From the human T2T-CHM13v2.0 reference genome, Homo sapiens, in NCBI RefSeq assembly GCF_009914755.1, contig NC_060927.1: 64,000 nt of DNA, one strand, 5' to 3'. Of this stretch, positions 1 to 12,572 are shown in pieces (position 1 is the first letter of the stretch; every line of letters starts with the position of its first letter). Both the position numbers and the translations under genes were made by a program. Below the pieces are notes generated by a model. That model was not told where the DNA came from. It saw only the letters and a list, made by a program, of their open reading frames with translations, and searched no databases.

Positions 1-1206
1 ACTCCTTTAGCTCGGAGATGTTTGTTATTACCGATCATCTGAAGCCTTCTTCTCCCAACTTGTCAAAGTCATTCTCCATCCAGCTTTGTTCCATTGCTGG
101 CGAGGAGCTGCGTTCCTTTGGAGGTGAAGAGGTGTTCTGATTTTTAGAATTTTCAGCTTTTCTGCTCTGCTTTCTCCCCATCTTTGTGGTTGTATCTACC
201 TTTGGTCTTTGATAATGGTGACGTACAGATGGGGTTTTGGTGTAGATGTCCTTTCTGTTTGTTAGTTTTCCTTCTAACAGTCAGGACCCTCAGCTGCAGG
301 TCTGTCAGAGTTTGCTGGAGGTCCACTCCAGAGGCTGTTTGCCTAGGTATCACCAGCAGAGGCTGCAGAACAGCAAATATTGCAAAATGGCAGATGTTGC
401 TGCCTGATCCTTCCTCTGGAAGTTTCTTCTCAGAGGGGCACCCGGCTGTATGAGGTGTCAGTCAGTCCCTACTGGGAGGTGTCTCCCAGTTAGGCTATTC
501 GGGGGTCAGGGACCCATTTGAGGAGGCAGTCTGTCCGTTCTCAGATCTCAAACTCTGTGCTAGGAGAACCACTACTCTCTTCCAAGCTGTCAGAAAGGGA
601 TGTTTAAGTTTGCAGAATTTTCTGCTGCATTTTGTTCAGCTATGCCCTGACCCCAGAGGTGGCATCTACAGAGGCAGGCAGGCCTCCTTGAGCTGCGCTG
701 GGTTCCACCCAGTTGGAGCTTCCTGGCTGCTTTGTTTACCTACTCAAGTCTCAGCAATGGCTGCCGCCCCTCCCCCAGCCTCGCTGCCGCCCCTCCCCCA
801 GCCTCGCTGCCGCCTTGCAGTTCCATCTCAGACTGCTGTGCTAGCAGTGAGTGAGGCTCTGTGGGCATGGGACCCTCTGAACCATGCGTGGGATATAATA
901 TCCTGGTGTGCCATTTTCTAAGGCTGTTGGAAAAATGCAGTATTAGGGTGGGAGTGTCCCAATTTTCCAGGTACCATCTGTCATGGCTTCCCTTTACTAG
1001 GAAAGGCAATTCCCTGACCCCTTGCACTTTCTGGATGAGGTCATGCTGCACCCTGCTCTGTGGGCTGCACCCACTGTCTGACAAGTCCTGGTGAGATGAA
1101 CCCAGTACCTCAGTTGGAAATGCAGAAATCACCCGTCTTCTGTGTTGCTCACGCTGGGAGCTGCAGACTGGAGCTGTCCCTATTCGGCCATCTTGGAACC
1201 TCCCTC
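1..1206 (-). mobile_element. L1PA (about L1PA7/8) 5' UTR and start of ORF1; the element continues left of the window
   Basis: The reverse complement starts GAGGGAGGTTCCAAGATGGCCGAATAGG, with a YY1 site at 1185-1195. The ORF1 ATG at 181-179 reads MGRKQSRKAENSKNQNTSSPPKERSSSPAMEQSW and hits a premature TGA. Confidence 0.93.
757..1094 (+). pseudogene. L1 antisense ORF0 remnant (frameshift plus stop)
   Basis: ATG 757 gives MAAAPPPASLPP. A downstream frame gives GPSEPCVGYNILVCHFLRLLEKCSIRVGVSQFSR. Both match the primate L1 ORF0 peptide. Confidence 0.8.
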
Positions 1207-1209
1207 TTG

Positions 1210-2825
1210 ATTCAAATTCTTTTAAATTTATGAAAACTTGTTTTAATGCCTAGTATGTGGTTTATCTTAGTGAACATACTGTTTGTAACTGAAAATAACA
1301 TGTATTCTATAGTTCTTGGGTGTGGTGTTCTATAAATATCTATTAGCTTAGGTTCATTAATAACATTCAGATCTTCTAAGAGCTTAGAGGAAATGTTTTC
1401 AGTTTTCCCCCATTCAGTATGATACTAGCTGTGGGTCTGTCATACAGGTTTTTTTTTTTTTTTTTTTATGTTGAGGCATGTCACTTCTATACCTAGTTTT
1501 TTGAGGGTTTTTATGATGAAGGGATGTTGAATTTTATCAAGTGCTTTTCAGCATCTACTTAAATTATCATATGGCTTTTGTCCTTCATTCTACTGATATG
1601 ATGTATCATGTTGATTGATTTGTTTTTGTTGAACCATTCTTGCATCACTGGGATAAATCCCCCTTGGTCATGATGAACGATCTTTATAATGTATTGTTCA
1701 ATGTGGTTTGCTAGTATTTTATTGAGAACTTTTGCATTAATATTCATCAGATATATTAGCCTATAGTTTTCTTTTTTTGGTATGTCTGTCTGGTTTTAAT
1801 ATTAAGGTAACAATGGCCTTGTAAATGAATTTGGAAGTATTTTTTTATCCTCTTTTTTAAAAAATAGTTTGGGTAGGATTGGTATTAGTTCTTCTTTAAA
1901 TGTTTGGTAGAATTCAGCAGTGAATCAGTTGGGTCTCAGGCTTTTCTTTATTGAGAGACTTTTTAATTTAATGGCTTTAATCTCATTAATTGTTATTGGT
2001 TTGTTCAGGTTTTGGATTTCTTCATGGTTCAGTCTTGGTGTGTTGCATGTGTCTAGAAATGTATCCATATCTTGCACATTTTCCAATTTATTGGCATATA
2101 GTCGCTCTTAATAGCCACCAATTATCCTTTGTATTTCTGCAGTATCAAATGTAATGTCTCCCTTTTCATCTCTTATTTTATTTATTTTGGTCTTCTCCCT
2201 TATTTTCTTCATTAGTCTTATAAAAGGTTTGTGAATTTTGTTGATATTTTCAAAAAAACAAATTTTTTGTTTCACTGATATTTTGTATTGTTTATTCATT
2301 TCAAATTCATTTATTTCTGCTCTAATCTTTATTATTTATTTTCTTCTACTAACTTTATGATCAGTTTGCTCTTGCTTTTCTAGTTCTTTAACATGTATCA
2401 TTATTTATCAAGTTTTTCTTCTTTTTTATGTCATCACTTATAGCTATAAATTTCCCTTTTGGTACTACTTTTGCTGTATCCCATAGGTTTGGAATAGTAT
2501 GTTTCCATTATTATTTGTTTGAAGAAATTTTTCAGTTTTCTTTTTAATTTATTCATTGACCCACTGGTCATTCAGGAGCATATTTATTCTTCCTGTGTTT
2601 GTATAGTTTCCAGTATTCTTCGATTTCTAGTTTTATTGCATTGTGTTCAGAGAAGATGCTTGATATTATTTCAATTTTTTGAATGTTTTAAGATCTGTTT
2701 TGTGATGTAACATGTAGTCTATCCTTGAGAATAATCCATATGCTGAGGAGAAGAATCTGTATTCTGCAGCCTTTGGAAGAAATGTTATGTAAATATTTAT
2801 TGAGTCCATTTGTTCTACAGTACTG
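1210..2825 (-). mobile_element. Old L1 (L1M/L1MA/L1PB) ORF2 fragments, endonuclease end to early RT
   Basis: Minus-strand peptides [33 protein letters not shown] and FFENINKIHKP...INKIRDEKGDIT...AEIQRII are L1 ORF2. Confidence 0.88.
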
Positions 2826-4810
2826 CTTACATAATTTTTAGTGGGTTTTTTTTTCTGGATTATAGTATAAATCCTTAATGTTTTACAGCATATTAGAGGT
2901 AGTATTATACCAATTATTATAAAAGTAGAAAGACTGAAATATATGGGTCCATTTACTCTATGCACAATCATTGTGTTACAGTTTTTATGTATAGCACATC
3001 TTTACATGTTATAAACCCTGTTGTTTATAATTGTACTATAATTTTTGCTTTAAAAATTAAAAGGAATTAAGATTAAAAAAAGTCTTTATTTCTTCATAGG
3101 CATAGAAGTTTGCAGTTGGTCTAATTTTGCTTCAGCCTGAAAAGCTTTCTTTAGCATTACTTGTAGTCCAGGTACGGTGGTGGCAAATTCTTTATTTTAA
3201 TTTACCTCAAATTATCTTTATATTACCTTCAATGTTTAAGCATATTTTCACTTGATAAGGAAGTCTAGATGCACAGTTGTTCTTTGTTTGGGTATTGAAT
3301 TTTGACCACAATCTCTGTATTCTGGGTACTTTTTACATGCAATTGGCAATTATTTTCTCCTAATCTGTGGCTTATCTTTTCATTCACATCAGAGGACCTT
3401 TTGCAGAGTAAAAAAAAGTTTTAAATTTTGTTGCGGTCAAATTATTTTTTCCTTTTATGTATTGTGGTTTTGTTATCAAGTTTATAAAGTCTTTGCTTAA
3501 TCCTAGATCATGAAGATTTTCTCCTATTTTTTTCTTAAATTGTTATAATTTTATGTTTTACATTTATATATCTGACATGTTTGCATATAACTTTTTTGTG
3601 TAAAGTGTGAGGTTAAGCCATGTAAAATTTTGCCTTGGATGTCTAATTACTTCCACACCATTTGTTGAAAAGTCAATTTTTCCTTCATCGAATTGCTTTT
3701 GTACCTTTGTCAAAAATCAGTTGAACAAGTTTGTGCAGGTCTATTTTTCTACCCTTTCCCATTGACCTCTATATCTATGCCTCTATCAATATCACACAGT
3801 GCTCATTATTGTAACTCTTAGATGTTACTATTCGGTATACTGAGATCTCTCTTAACTTTTTTTTCATTTTTAAAAATTATTCTAGGGCCTGTGCCCCTAG
3901 AATAAATTTTATGATAATTTTATGATAAGTAAATTTTCTGATAAGCTCTAGGTCTACAGAAAACAATTTTGAGGATTTTACAGGAATTACATTAAACTTA
4001 GAAATCAATTTGGGAAGAATTATTGTTATATTTCTATCTTCCTTCATTCCTTTATTCCTTCATTCCTTTAACCAGAATTTTATAATTTTCAGCGTACAGA
4101 TTCTGTACATGTTTAAGTGAATGAGAGAAACAATTCTACCTAAAATTAAGACTTTTTAATGAATACCTAAGTATTTAATTTTCTTTGGAGTGATTATAAA
4201 TGTTACGGCACTTTAAAATTTGTTTTCTACCTGCTCATTGTTAGTAGAAATGCTATTGATTTTCATGCCTTGATATGTGTCATGTGGCCTGGCTAACCTC
4301 ATTTACTAGTTTTAGAAGTTTTGTTTATTTGGTTTGTAGATTTCTTGGGATTTTCCATGTAAACACATGTCAGTGTTTTGAATCTGTGGGCTTATATATT
4401 TTGCCAGATTTGGAAAGTTTTAAACATCATTATTTTTTAATGCTCTTTCAACCTACCTTTCTAATGACATAAATGTTGGATGGTTTATTATTCTACAGGT
4501 CCTTGAGACTCTATTCATATGTTTTTTTCAGTCTATTTTCTCTCCGTTATTCAGATTGGAATAACTGCTTCCTATCTGTAAATCAGTATTCAGATTGGAA
4601 CTTAACGATTCTATTCTCTGCCATCTCCATTCTACTACTGAGCCAATCTAGCAAGCTTTAAAAATTTATCTTACGTTATTTTTCAGATCTATCATTTCGA
4701 TTTGTTTCCTTTAACTAAATTCTATTTCTGTTTTGCTATTTTTCATCTGTTTCAGGACAATTTGTAACTGCTTGTTGAATCATTTTTCTGTTGGTTGCTT
4801 TAAAATCACT
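2826..4810 (-). mobile_element. Highly decayed L1M/L1MC/L1ME fragments
   Basis: T-rich antisense L1 ORF2 3' motifs (e.g. CACCATTTGTTGAAAAG, TTGTACCTTTGTCAAAAATCAGTTG) and ORF1-like antisense sequence. Confidence 0.65.
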
Positions 4811-5049
4811 TAACATGTAATTAAAAGTGTTACATGGATGTTAAACCTCCTGCATATTTGTATTTACATAATTTTTATTTATGTAAACGTAAATCTTACC
4901 TTTGTAACTACATAGCAAATTACATATTATTAATTTTACACATCTTTTAAATAATCACTTTATATATGGACATGCATACACAGAATAAATTTACTGTTTA
5001 AATTTCCAAAATTATTTCCCCAACAAACAGTAGATTTCATTTACTAAGA

Positions 5050-5237
5050 CAATGGTTTTCAAGAGTGGTCCTCAGAGCAGCAGCATTAATATTATATTTG
5101 AAATACTTAGAAATACAATATTTTTGGCTCTACCCTAAGCATATTGCATGGGAAACTCTGAGGATGGGCCCAGCAATTTGTAGTTGAACAATGCTCCAGG
5201 TGATTCTGATGTACAATTAAGTTTGACAATCACTGCT
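5050..5237. mobile_element. MER5A (hAT-Charlie MITE)
   Basis: About 190 bp: CAATGGTTTTCAAGAGTGGTCC...GGGCCCAGCAATTTG...CCAGGTGATTCTGATG...TTTGACAATCACTG with terminal inverted ends. Confidence 0.8.
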
Positions 5238-5449
5238 GTGGGAGATCCTTAGCTTAAGGGTTAGCTGTAATGAATATGTTTGTTCTATTTCTGTTAATTC
5301 AAAATTGAAATAGAATTATGTTTTAAGTATTTTTTAAAAGGCAATGCAATTGAATAGCTTCTGAAAAATTGAATAATACAGGTCTGATATAAACCTGAAA
5401 TATCAAGTTAACAATAGACTTTCATTTTAAAAAGAAAAAGTAATATAAT

Positions 5450-5700
5450 AATAATACATTTGTAATGCTTGCTCTCTATATGCCAGGTGTAATTATAAGC
5501 ACTTTACACATAATAAATATTTAATTCTCACAATTTATATAGGTAAGTAGTTTTTCCATTTTACAGATGGAAAAACTGGGTATAGGGAGGTTAAACAACT
5601 TGCCCAAAACATGGACCTGGTAAGAGAAAGGTGACGTACAGAGCTAATAATTGGCAGAGCTGGAATGTAACTCTAATTGAGTGTTTTCATATTCCCCACT
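5450..5700 (-). mobile_element. MIR SINE
   Basis: Antisense MIR core CCATTTTACAGATGGAAAAACTG...GGTTAAACAACTTGCCCAA. Confidence 0.8.
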
Positions 5701-6994
5701 TTGATCACGATGAAATACTTCTGCTTATAATAAATTGTTTTAAGTTCTTAATTTGTATTAATAAGATGTTTGCCTCTAAAAAGTAGTGCATAGGGAAGAC
5801 AACACTATTTGTATATGGTTGCAAATGGAGACTTTTGTGTCTAATCACGCCAAACTACAATTTAGGATTTGGCCAGCAAAGTAGTTTGTTTGTCTGATTG
5901 TTTTTGAGAGACATTAGACTGGGCATCACTGTCAGTTCCTCTGCCTTCCCCCGTCACTTCCTGATATCTTACACTGCCCTGTGCATTTTTCTTACTTTCA
6001 AAGTCTCAGGTGGCAGATAAGTCATGAGCCTGAGTTAACTGGTTCAGTTCACTAATTAATATGAGTCCTAAAACAAAGCTCTCAAAGATATACAAGCACA
6101 CAGATGGGAGATTTAGCATGGGGGTTACTTTATTCCAATTTGGCTCCTACCCACATGAGGAGTTTCTCTGTGGGAGCTTGACATTATTTTCTCAAGAAAG
6201 CAGAGGGTGATATTGTATACATAATAGTGAATTAAAAAACAAGCAGGAAATCAGCCAGAGCTGCTTGAGACATGAGATCTTCGGGGTATATACTTACTAT
6301 TGAGCCTCAAATTGGAAATTGACCCAATGAACACAATTTATCCAAATCAGAATCAAGTTATTTTTTTCTCTTTAATGATCTGCATTAACTAAGACCTTCT
6401 GTTCCCCTTCCACCTAACCTATAGGTGACTGAAACTCCTGGTAAACAGAAAGGACAAGGAAAGCAATCTAATTAAAGGCTGCTATGGCTGCTCTAATCAC
6501 AGTTACCAGGAAATAAACTTCCATCTTTTCCCAGGTCTCCTTTTTCCCACTTGGTGGAAAATGAACAGGCTAGAATGAACATGCATGACATGATTTATTA
6601 ACTACACTGGTTCCGACTTGAGTCAGCAGCAGGAGAAACAAGAAGTTTACAAACTCTTTTGAGTATGCAGGTCAAAAAACTTTACGTATCGCAAATTCCT
6701 TCTTTGCTCTTTCTCCCTTAATCCATGGAACAAACTCCTCCCAAGGAGAAACAATTAGTTCATATTTGGCTACACTTCTAAATACTCTTGGCCTCAGTTC
6801 TCAAAGATTTTCCATAATAACACCAGCAGGGTGTGGTTGATGCCTCAATTGCAGGGTCTGTAGGAGCAGGGCTTGCATAGATTTAGCTGTAACTGAGACC
6901 TTACTCCAGATTGGCCATACTCTCACTACATTATTAACCTTGAACTGATATGAAATCTAGGACACACACTTCTTGGATTCTGCCCCTGCCTCAG

Positions 6995-7148
6995 GCCATT
7001 TGTACTGCTATAATAAAATACCTGAGACAAGGTAATTTATAATAATCAGAAATTTGTTTCTTCCATTTCTAAAGGCTGGGAGAATCAAGTCCTTTCAGAA
7101 TGGCATTAATCCATTCATAAGGGTGGAGCCTTCATTACCTAAACACAT
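6995..7148 (-). mobile_element. MaLR LTR fragment (MLT1A/MST-like)
   Basis: TGCTATAATAAAATACCTGAGAC...GGTAATTTATAA and GGCATTAATCCATTCATAAGGGTGGAGCC motifs. Confidence 0.6.
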
Positions 7149-7429
7149 TCTATATTCTTGTGAATAATTCATTTAATATTTTTTACTCCTGAGGAAAATG
7201 AATAACTCTTATACAATAGAGATCTCACCCGCATACCAATACTGTTTGTAAAATATTAATGTTTTAGACTCCGTTTATATGGGACATAACTTTAAAACAA
7301 AACATGTTCCATGAATCAGACATTTGTTAGACCTACTTAAATTAAAGATACTTCATCAATTCCTCCAATTTTTTCCCAACCTTTTTCTACTAAAAGCTTG
7401 AATATTCAATGATATAGAAATATGCCCCA

Positions 7430-10400
7430 GGAGAGGCAGAACAACATGGCAAAATAGAAAACTCCACAGATCATCCATGGCTGCAAGGACACCAAGTTAA
7501 CAACATCTTCATAAGAACCAAAAGTCAGGTGAGCATTCACAGTATCTGGTTTTAACTTCATATAGCTGAAAGAGGCACTGAAGAGATAGGAAAAAAGCCC
7601 CAAATCTCCAGTGCTACCCTCTTCCCCTACCCATGGCAGCAGTGGTGTGGTGCAGAGAGCATCTCTGTGCTCCAGGTGAGGGAGAACATGGCAATGTGAG
7701 GCATTGAACTCAGTGTTGTCTTGTTAGAGCAGAAAGGAAAACCAGACTAAACTCAGCTGATGCTGGCCCATGGAGGGAGCATTTAAACCAGCCCTAGTCA
7801 GATGGGAATTACCAGTCACAATGGTCTGAACTTGAGTGCTCACAGACCTCACCACCAAGGACTATAGCACTCTGTGCCTCCAAGTAAACTTGAAAGGTAG
7901 TCTAGGCCATAAGGACTGCAACTCTTAGGTGAGTCCCAGTGCTGAACTAGGCCCAGAGAGACTGCACTGAGGGGACATGTGACTAACCAGCTTGGGCAGC
8001 CAAGGGAGTGCTGGCATCACCCCTCCCCTAACCCCAGGCTGCACAGCTCATGGCTCCAAAACAGACCCCTTCCTTCTGCTTGAGGAGAACAGAGGAGAGA
8101 GTGGGGAGGGCTTTGTCTTGCATCTAGGATACCAGCCCAGCCACAGCAGGATAGGGTACCAGTCAGAGTCATGAGCCCGGATTCCAGGCCCTAGCTCCTA
8201 GACAACATTTGTAGACACACTCTGGCCAGAAGGGAACCCACTGCAATGAAGGAAAGGACCCAGTCCTGGCAGCATTAATCACCTACTAACTGAAGGGTCC
8301 TTGGATGCTGAATAACCTGTAGCTATGCCCAGGTATTACATCGAGGGCCTTGGGTGAGCCTCTGAGACTTGCTGGCTTCAGGTGAGACTCACACATTACT
8401 AGCTGTGGTGGCTATGAGGAAAAACTCCTTCTGCTTGAGAAAAGCAGAAAAAAAAAGTAAAGGTTTTTTGGGGTTTTTTTTCCACCTTAGGTGCCAGCAC
8501 AGCCACAGAGGGGTAGAGTGCCAAGTGGGCACTTGGGGTCCCCAATTCCAGGACTTGACCCTTGGATGGCATTTCTGGCCAGCCATGGGCCAGAGAGGAG
8601 TCCACTGTCCTGAAGGGTGAGTCCCAGGCCAGGCAGCATTTAAGACAAGCTGACTTAAGAGTCTTTGGGGCTTAAAAGAACATTAGTGGTAGGCTGGCAG
8701 TAGTCCTGGGCCTGGGGTAGCACAGTGGCTATGGGGTAAGTCTCCTCTGCCTTTGGAAAAGGAAGGGAAGTGTGTGAAGGACTGCGTCTTGTGGTTTGAG
8801 TGCCAGCTTGGCTGCAATACAATAGAACACCAGGTAGACTTACATATATGGATTTTGACTATAGTCCCTGACTCCTGGCCAGCACTTCTGAATCTAACCA
8901 GAGCCTGGGGGACCTCACAGCCCTGAAGGGAAGAACACAGGCCTGACTGACATTCCCACCTGTGGATTGTGGAGCCCTAGTCAGAGAGTAGTTTAGCAGA
9001 CCTTGGGTGAGGCCCAGCACTGTGCTGGCATCAAGTCTGACCCAGCACAGTCATAGTAGTGGTGGTCACAGGGGTGCTTGTGTCACTCCATCCCCAGCCT
9101 TAGGTGGCTCAGAACAGAGGTAGAGACTCTATATGTTTGGGAGAAAGTAATAGAAGAGAACAAGAGTCTCTACCTGATTTTCCAGGGAATTCTTCTGGAT
9201 CTCTTAGACCATCAGGGTGGTACTTCCACAAGTCAGCAAGAACCACAAATTTACTGGGCTTGTGGTGCTCCCTAAAGATAAAGCTTACATCATAACACCC
9301 AAGTTCTTTTAAATATCTGGAAAGCCTTCCCAAGAAAGATGGCTACAAATAAGCCCATATAGAGCAGGCTACAGTAAATACCTAACATCAATGCTCAGAC
9401 ACCGAAGAACATCTACTAGCATCAGCATCACCCAGGAAAGCATTGACCTCACCAAATGAACTCAATAAGCTGCCAGGGACCAATTTTGGACGAACAGAGA
9501 TATGACACCTTTTAGACAGAGATTTCAAAATAGCTGTGTTGAGGAAACTCAAAGAAATTCAATATTACATAGAGAAGGAATTCAGAATTCCATCACATAA
9601 ATTTAACAAAGAGATTGAAACAATGAAATAGAATCAATCATAAATTCTAGATCTGAAAAATACAACTGGCATACTGAAAAATGCTTCAGATTCCTTTATT
9701 AGCAGAATGGATCAAGCAGAAAAAATAGTGAGCTTGAAGACAGGCTATCTGAAAACACACAGTCAGAGACAAAAGAAAAAATAATGAAAACCAATGAAGT
9801 TTGCCTGCAGCTTCTAAAAAATAGCTTCAAAAGGGCAAATCTAAGAGTTATTGGACTAAAAGAGGAAGTAGAGAAAGAGACAGGGGTGGAAAGTTTCTTT
9901 AAAGTGATAATAACAGAGAGCTTCCCAAACATGGAGAAAGATATCAATATCCAAGTACAAGGTTATAGAACACCGAGCAGAATAAACTCGAAGAAGACTA
10001 CCTCAAGGCATTTAATAATCAAACTCCCAAAGGTAAAGGATAAAGAAAGGGTTCTAAAAACAGCAAGAGTGAAGAAAAAAATAACAAATGATGGTGCTCC
10101 AATATGTCTGACAACAGACTTTTCAGTGGGAACCTTACAGGCCAGGAGAGAGTGGCATGACATATTTAAAGTACTAAAATAAAATAACTTTTACCCCAGA
10201 ATAGTTTATCCAGTGAAAACATCCTTCAAACATGAAGGAGAAATAAAAACTTTCCCAGACAAAAAGCTGAGGGATTTCATCAATGCCAGACCTGTCCTAC
10301 AAGAAATGCTAAAGGGAATATTTCAAACAGAAAGAAAAGAATATTAATGAGCAATAAATAATCACCTGAAGTTACAAAACTCATTAGTAATAGTAAGTAC

Positions 10401-12572
10401 ACAGAAAAATACAGCATATTATAACACTGTAACTGTGGTATATAAACTACTTTTATCCTAAGTAGAAGGACTAAACCATGAACCAATAGTAATAAAGAGC
10501 TACAACCATTTTTCAAGACATAGTCAGTACAGTAAGATATGAATATAAATAATGAAAAGTTAAAAAGTTGGGGGATAAAGTTAAGGCATAGAGTTTTTAT
10601 TAGTTTTGTTTTTACTTGTTTGTTTATGCAAATAATATTAAGTTGTTATCAGATTAAAATAATGGGTTATAAGATAATATTTGCAAGTCTCATGGTAACC
10701 TAAAGCCAAAAAACATACAATGGATACAGGAAAAAGAAAGAGGAAGAAACTAAATCATGTTACCAGAGAAAATTACCTTCACTAAACGAAGACACGAAGG
10801 AAAGACAGAAGGAAGAGAAGACCACACAACAACCAGAAAACAAATAACAAAATGGCAGGAGTACTTCTTATCAATAATAACTGCAATGTAAATGGACTAA
10901 ACTCTTTAAACAAAAGATACAGACTGGCTAAATGCATGGAAAAAACAAGACCTATTTATCTGTTGCCTACAGGAAAAGCACTTCACCTATAAAGACACAC
11001 ATAGACTGAAAATAAAGGGATGGAAAAAGATATTCCATGTCAATGGAAACCAAAAGAGAGCAGGAGTCACTATACATATATCAGACAAAATAGATTTCAA
11101 GACAAAAAATTTAAGAAGATACAAAGAACATCACTATATAATGACAAAGGGGTCAATTCAGCAAGAGGATATAACAATTTTAAATATATATGCACTCAAC
11201 ATGGGAACACCCAGATATATAAAGGAAATATTTTTAGAGCTAAAGAGAAAGATAGGCCCCCCAAAAATAATAGCTGAAGACATTTTACATTTAACATTGA
11301 ACAGATCTTCCAGACAAAAAATCAACAAAGAAACATCAGATTTGATCTGCACTATAGACCAAATGAATCTAATAGATATTTATGGAACATTTCATCCAAG
11401 ACCTGTAGAATACACATTATTTTCCTTAGCGCATGGATCATTTTCAAGGATAGACGATATACTAGGTCACAAAGCAAGTCTTAAAACGTTTAAAAACATG
11501 AAATAATATCAAGCATCTTCTCTGATCACCATGGAATAAAACTAGAAATTAATAGCAAGAGAAATTTTGGAAACTATACAAATACATGGAAATTTTAAAC
11601 TATGCTTCTGAATGGCCAGAGAGTCAATAAAAGTCCTAGCTAGAGCATTCAGACAACATAAAGACAGGAAGGGCATCCTAAATGGAAAGGAATATCAAAT
11701 TATCCTTGTTTGCAGATATGATCTTATTTTAGGAAAAAACCTATAAGACTTCACAGGAAAATTATTAGAACTGATAAACAAACTGAGTAAAGTTGCAGGA
11801 TACAAAATCAAAGTGCAAAAATCAGTAGCATTTCTATATGGCAACAGGGAACAAGGTGAAAAAGAAATCAAAAAGTAATCCTATATACAATAGCCACATG
11901 TAAAATTAAATACCTAGGAGTTAACTTAACCAAAGAAGTAAAAGACCTCCACAATGAAAACTCTAAAACACTGATGAAAGAAACTGAAGAGAAACACGAA
12001 AAAATGAGAAAATATTTTATGTTGATGAATTGGAAAAATAAATATTGTTAAAATGTTCATACTACCCCAATCAATCTACAGATTCAATGTAATCTCTATC
12101 AAAATACCAATGACATTCTTCACAGAAATATAAAAAAGAAATCCTGAAGTTTACAGAAATGACAAAAGACCCAGAATAGCCAAAGCTATCTTGAGCAAAA
12201 AGAAAAAAATTGGAGGAATCACATCACCTGATTTCAAATTATACTACAGAGTTATAGTAACCAAAACAGCACAGTAGAGGCATAAAAACAGATACATAGA
12301 CTTATGTAACACAATAAAGAACCAAGAAGCAAATCTTCACACCTGCAGTGAATTAATTTTTGACAAAGTTGCCAAGAATATACACTGGGGAAAAGATAGT
12401 CCCTTCAATAAATGGTGCTGGGAAAACTGAATATTCATAGCAGAAAAATGAAACTAGACACATATCTCCCACCATATACAAAAGTAAAGTAAAAATGGAG
12501 TAAACACTTGAATCTAACACCTCAAACTATGAAACTGCTGCAAGAAAACATTGGGAAAAACTCCAGGACATT
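7430..12572 (+). mobile_element. L1M1/L1MA-type element: 5' UTR, decayed ORF1 (about 9440-10330), inter-ORF, ORF2 from 10852 with an internal deletion at about 11630; 3' end missing
   Basis: The 5' end reads GAGAGGCAGAACAACATGGCAAAATAG. ORF 9784-10182 is ORF1 RRM (KRANLRVIGLKEE...LQARREWHDIFKVLK). ORF 11141-11506 is ORF2 endonuclease (GSIQQEDITILNIYA...FSRIDDILGHK). Confidence 0.9.

Noticed and set aside
1381-2825. Idea that this minus-strand ORF2 piece is the segment deleted from the L1 at 11630
   Set aside because: The breakpoints do not match; it overlaps endonuclease sequence still present at 11350-11630.
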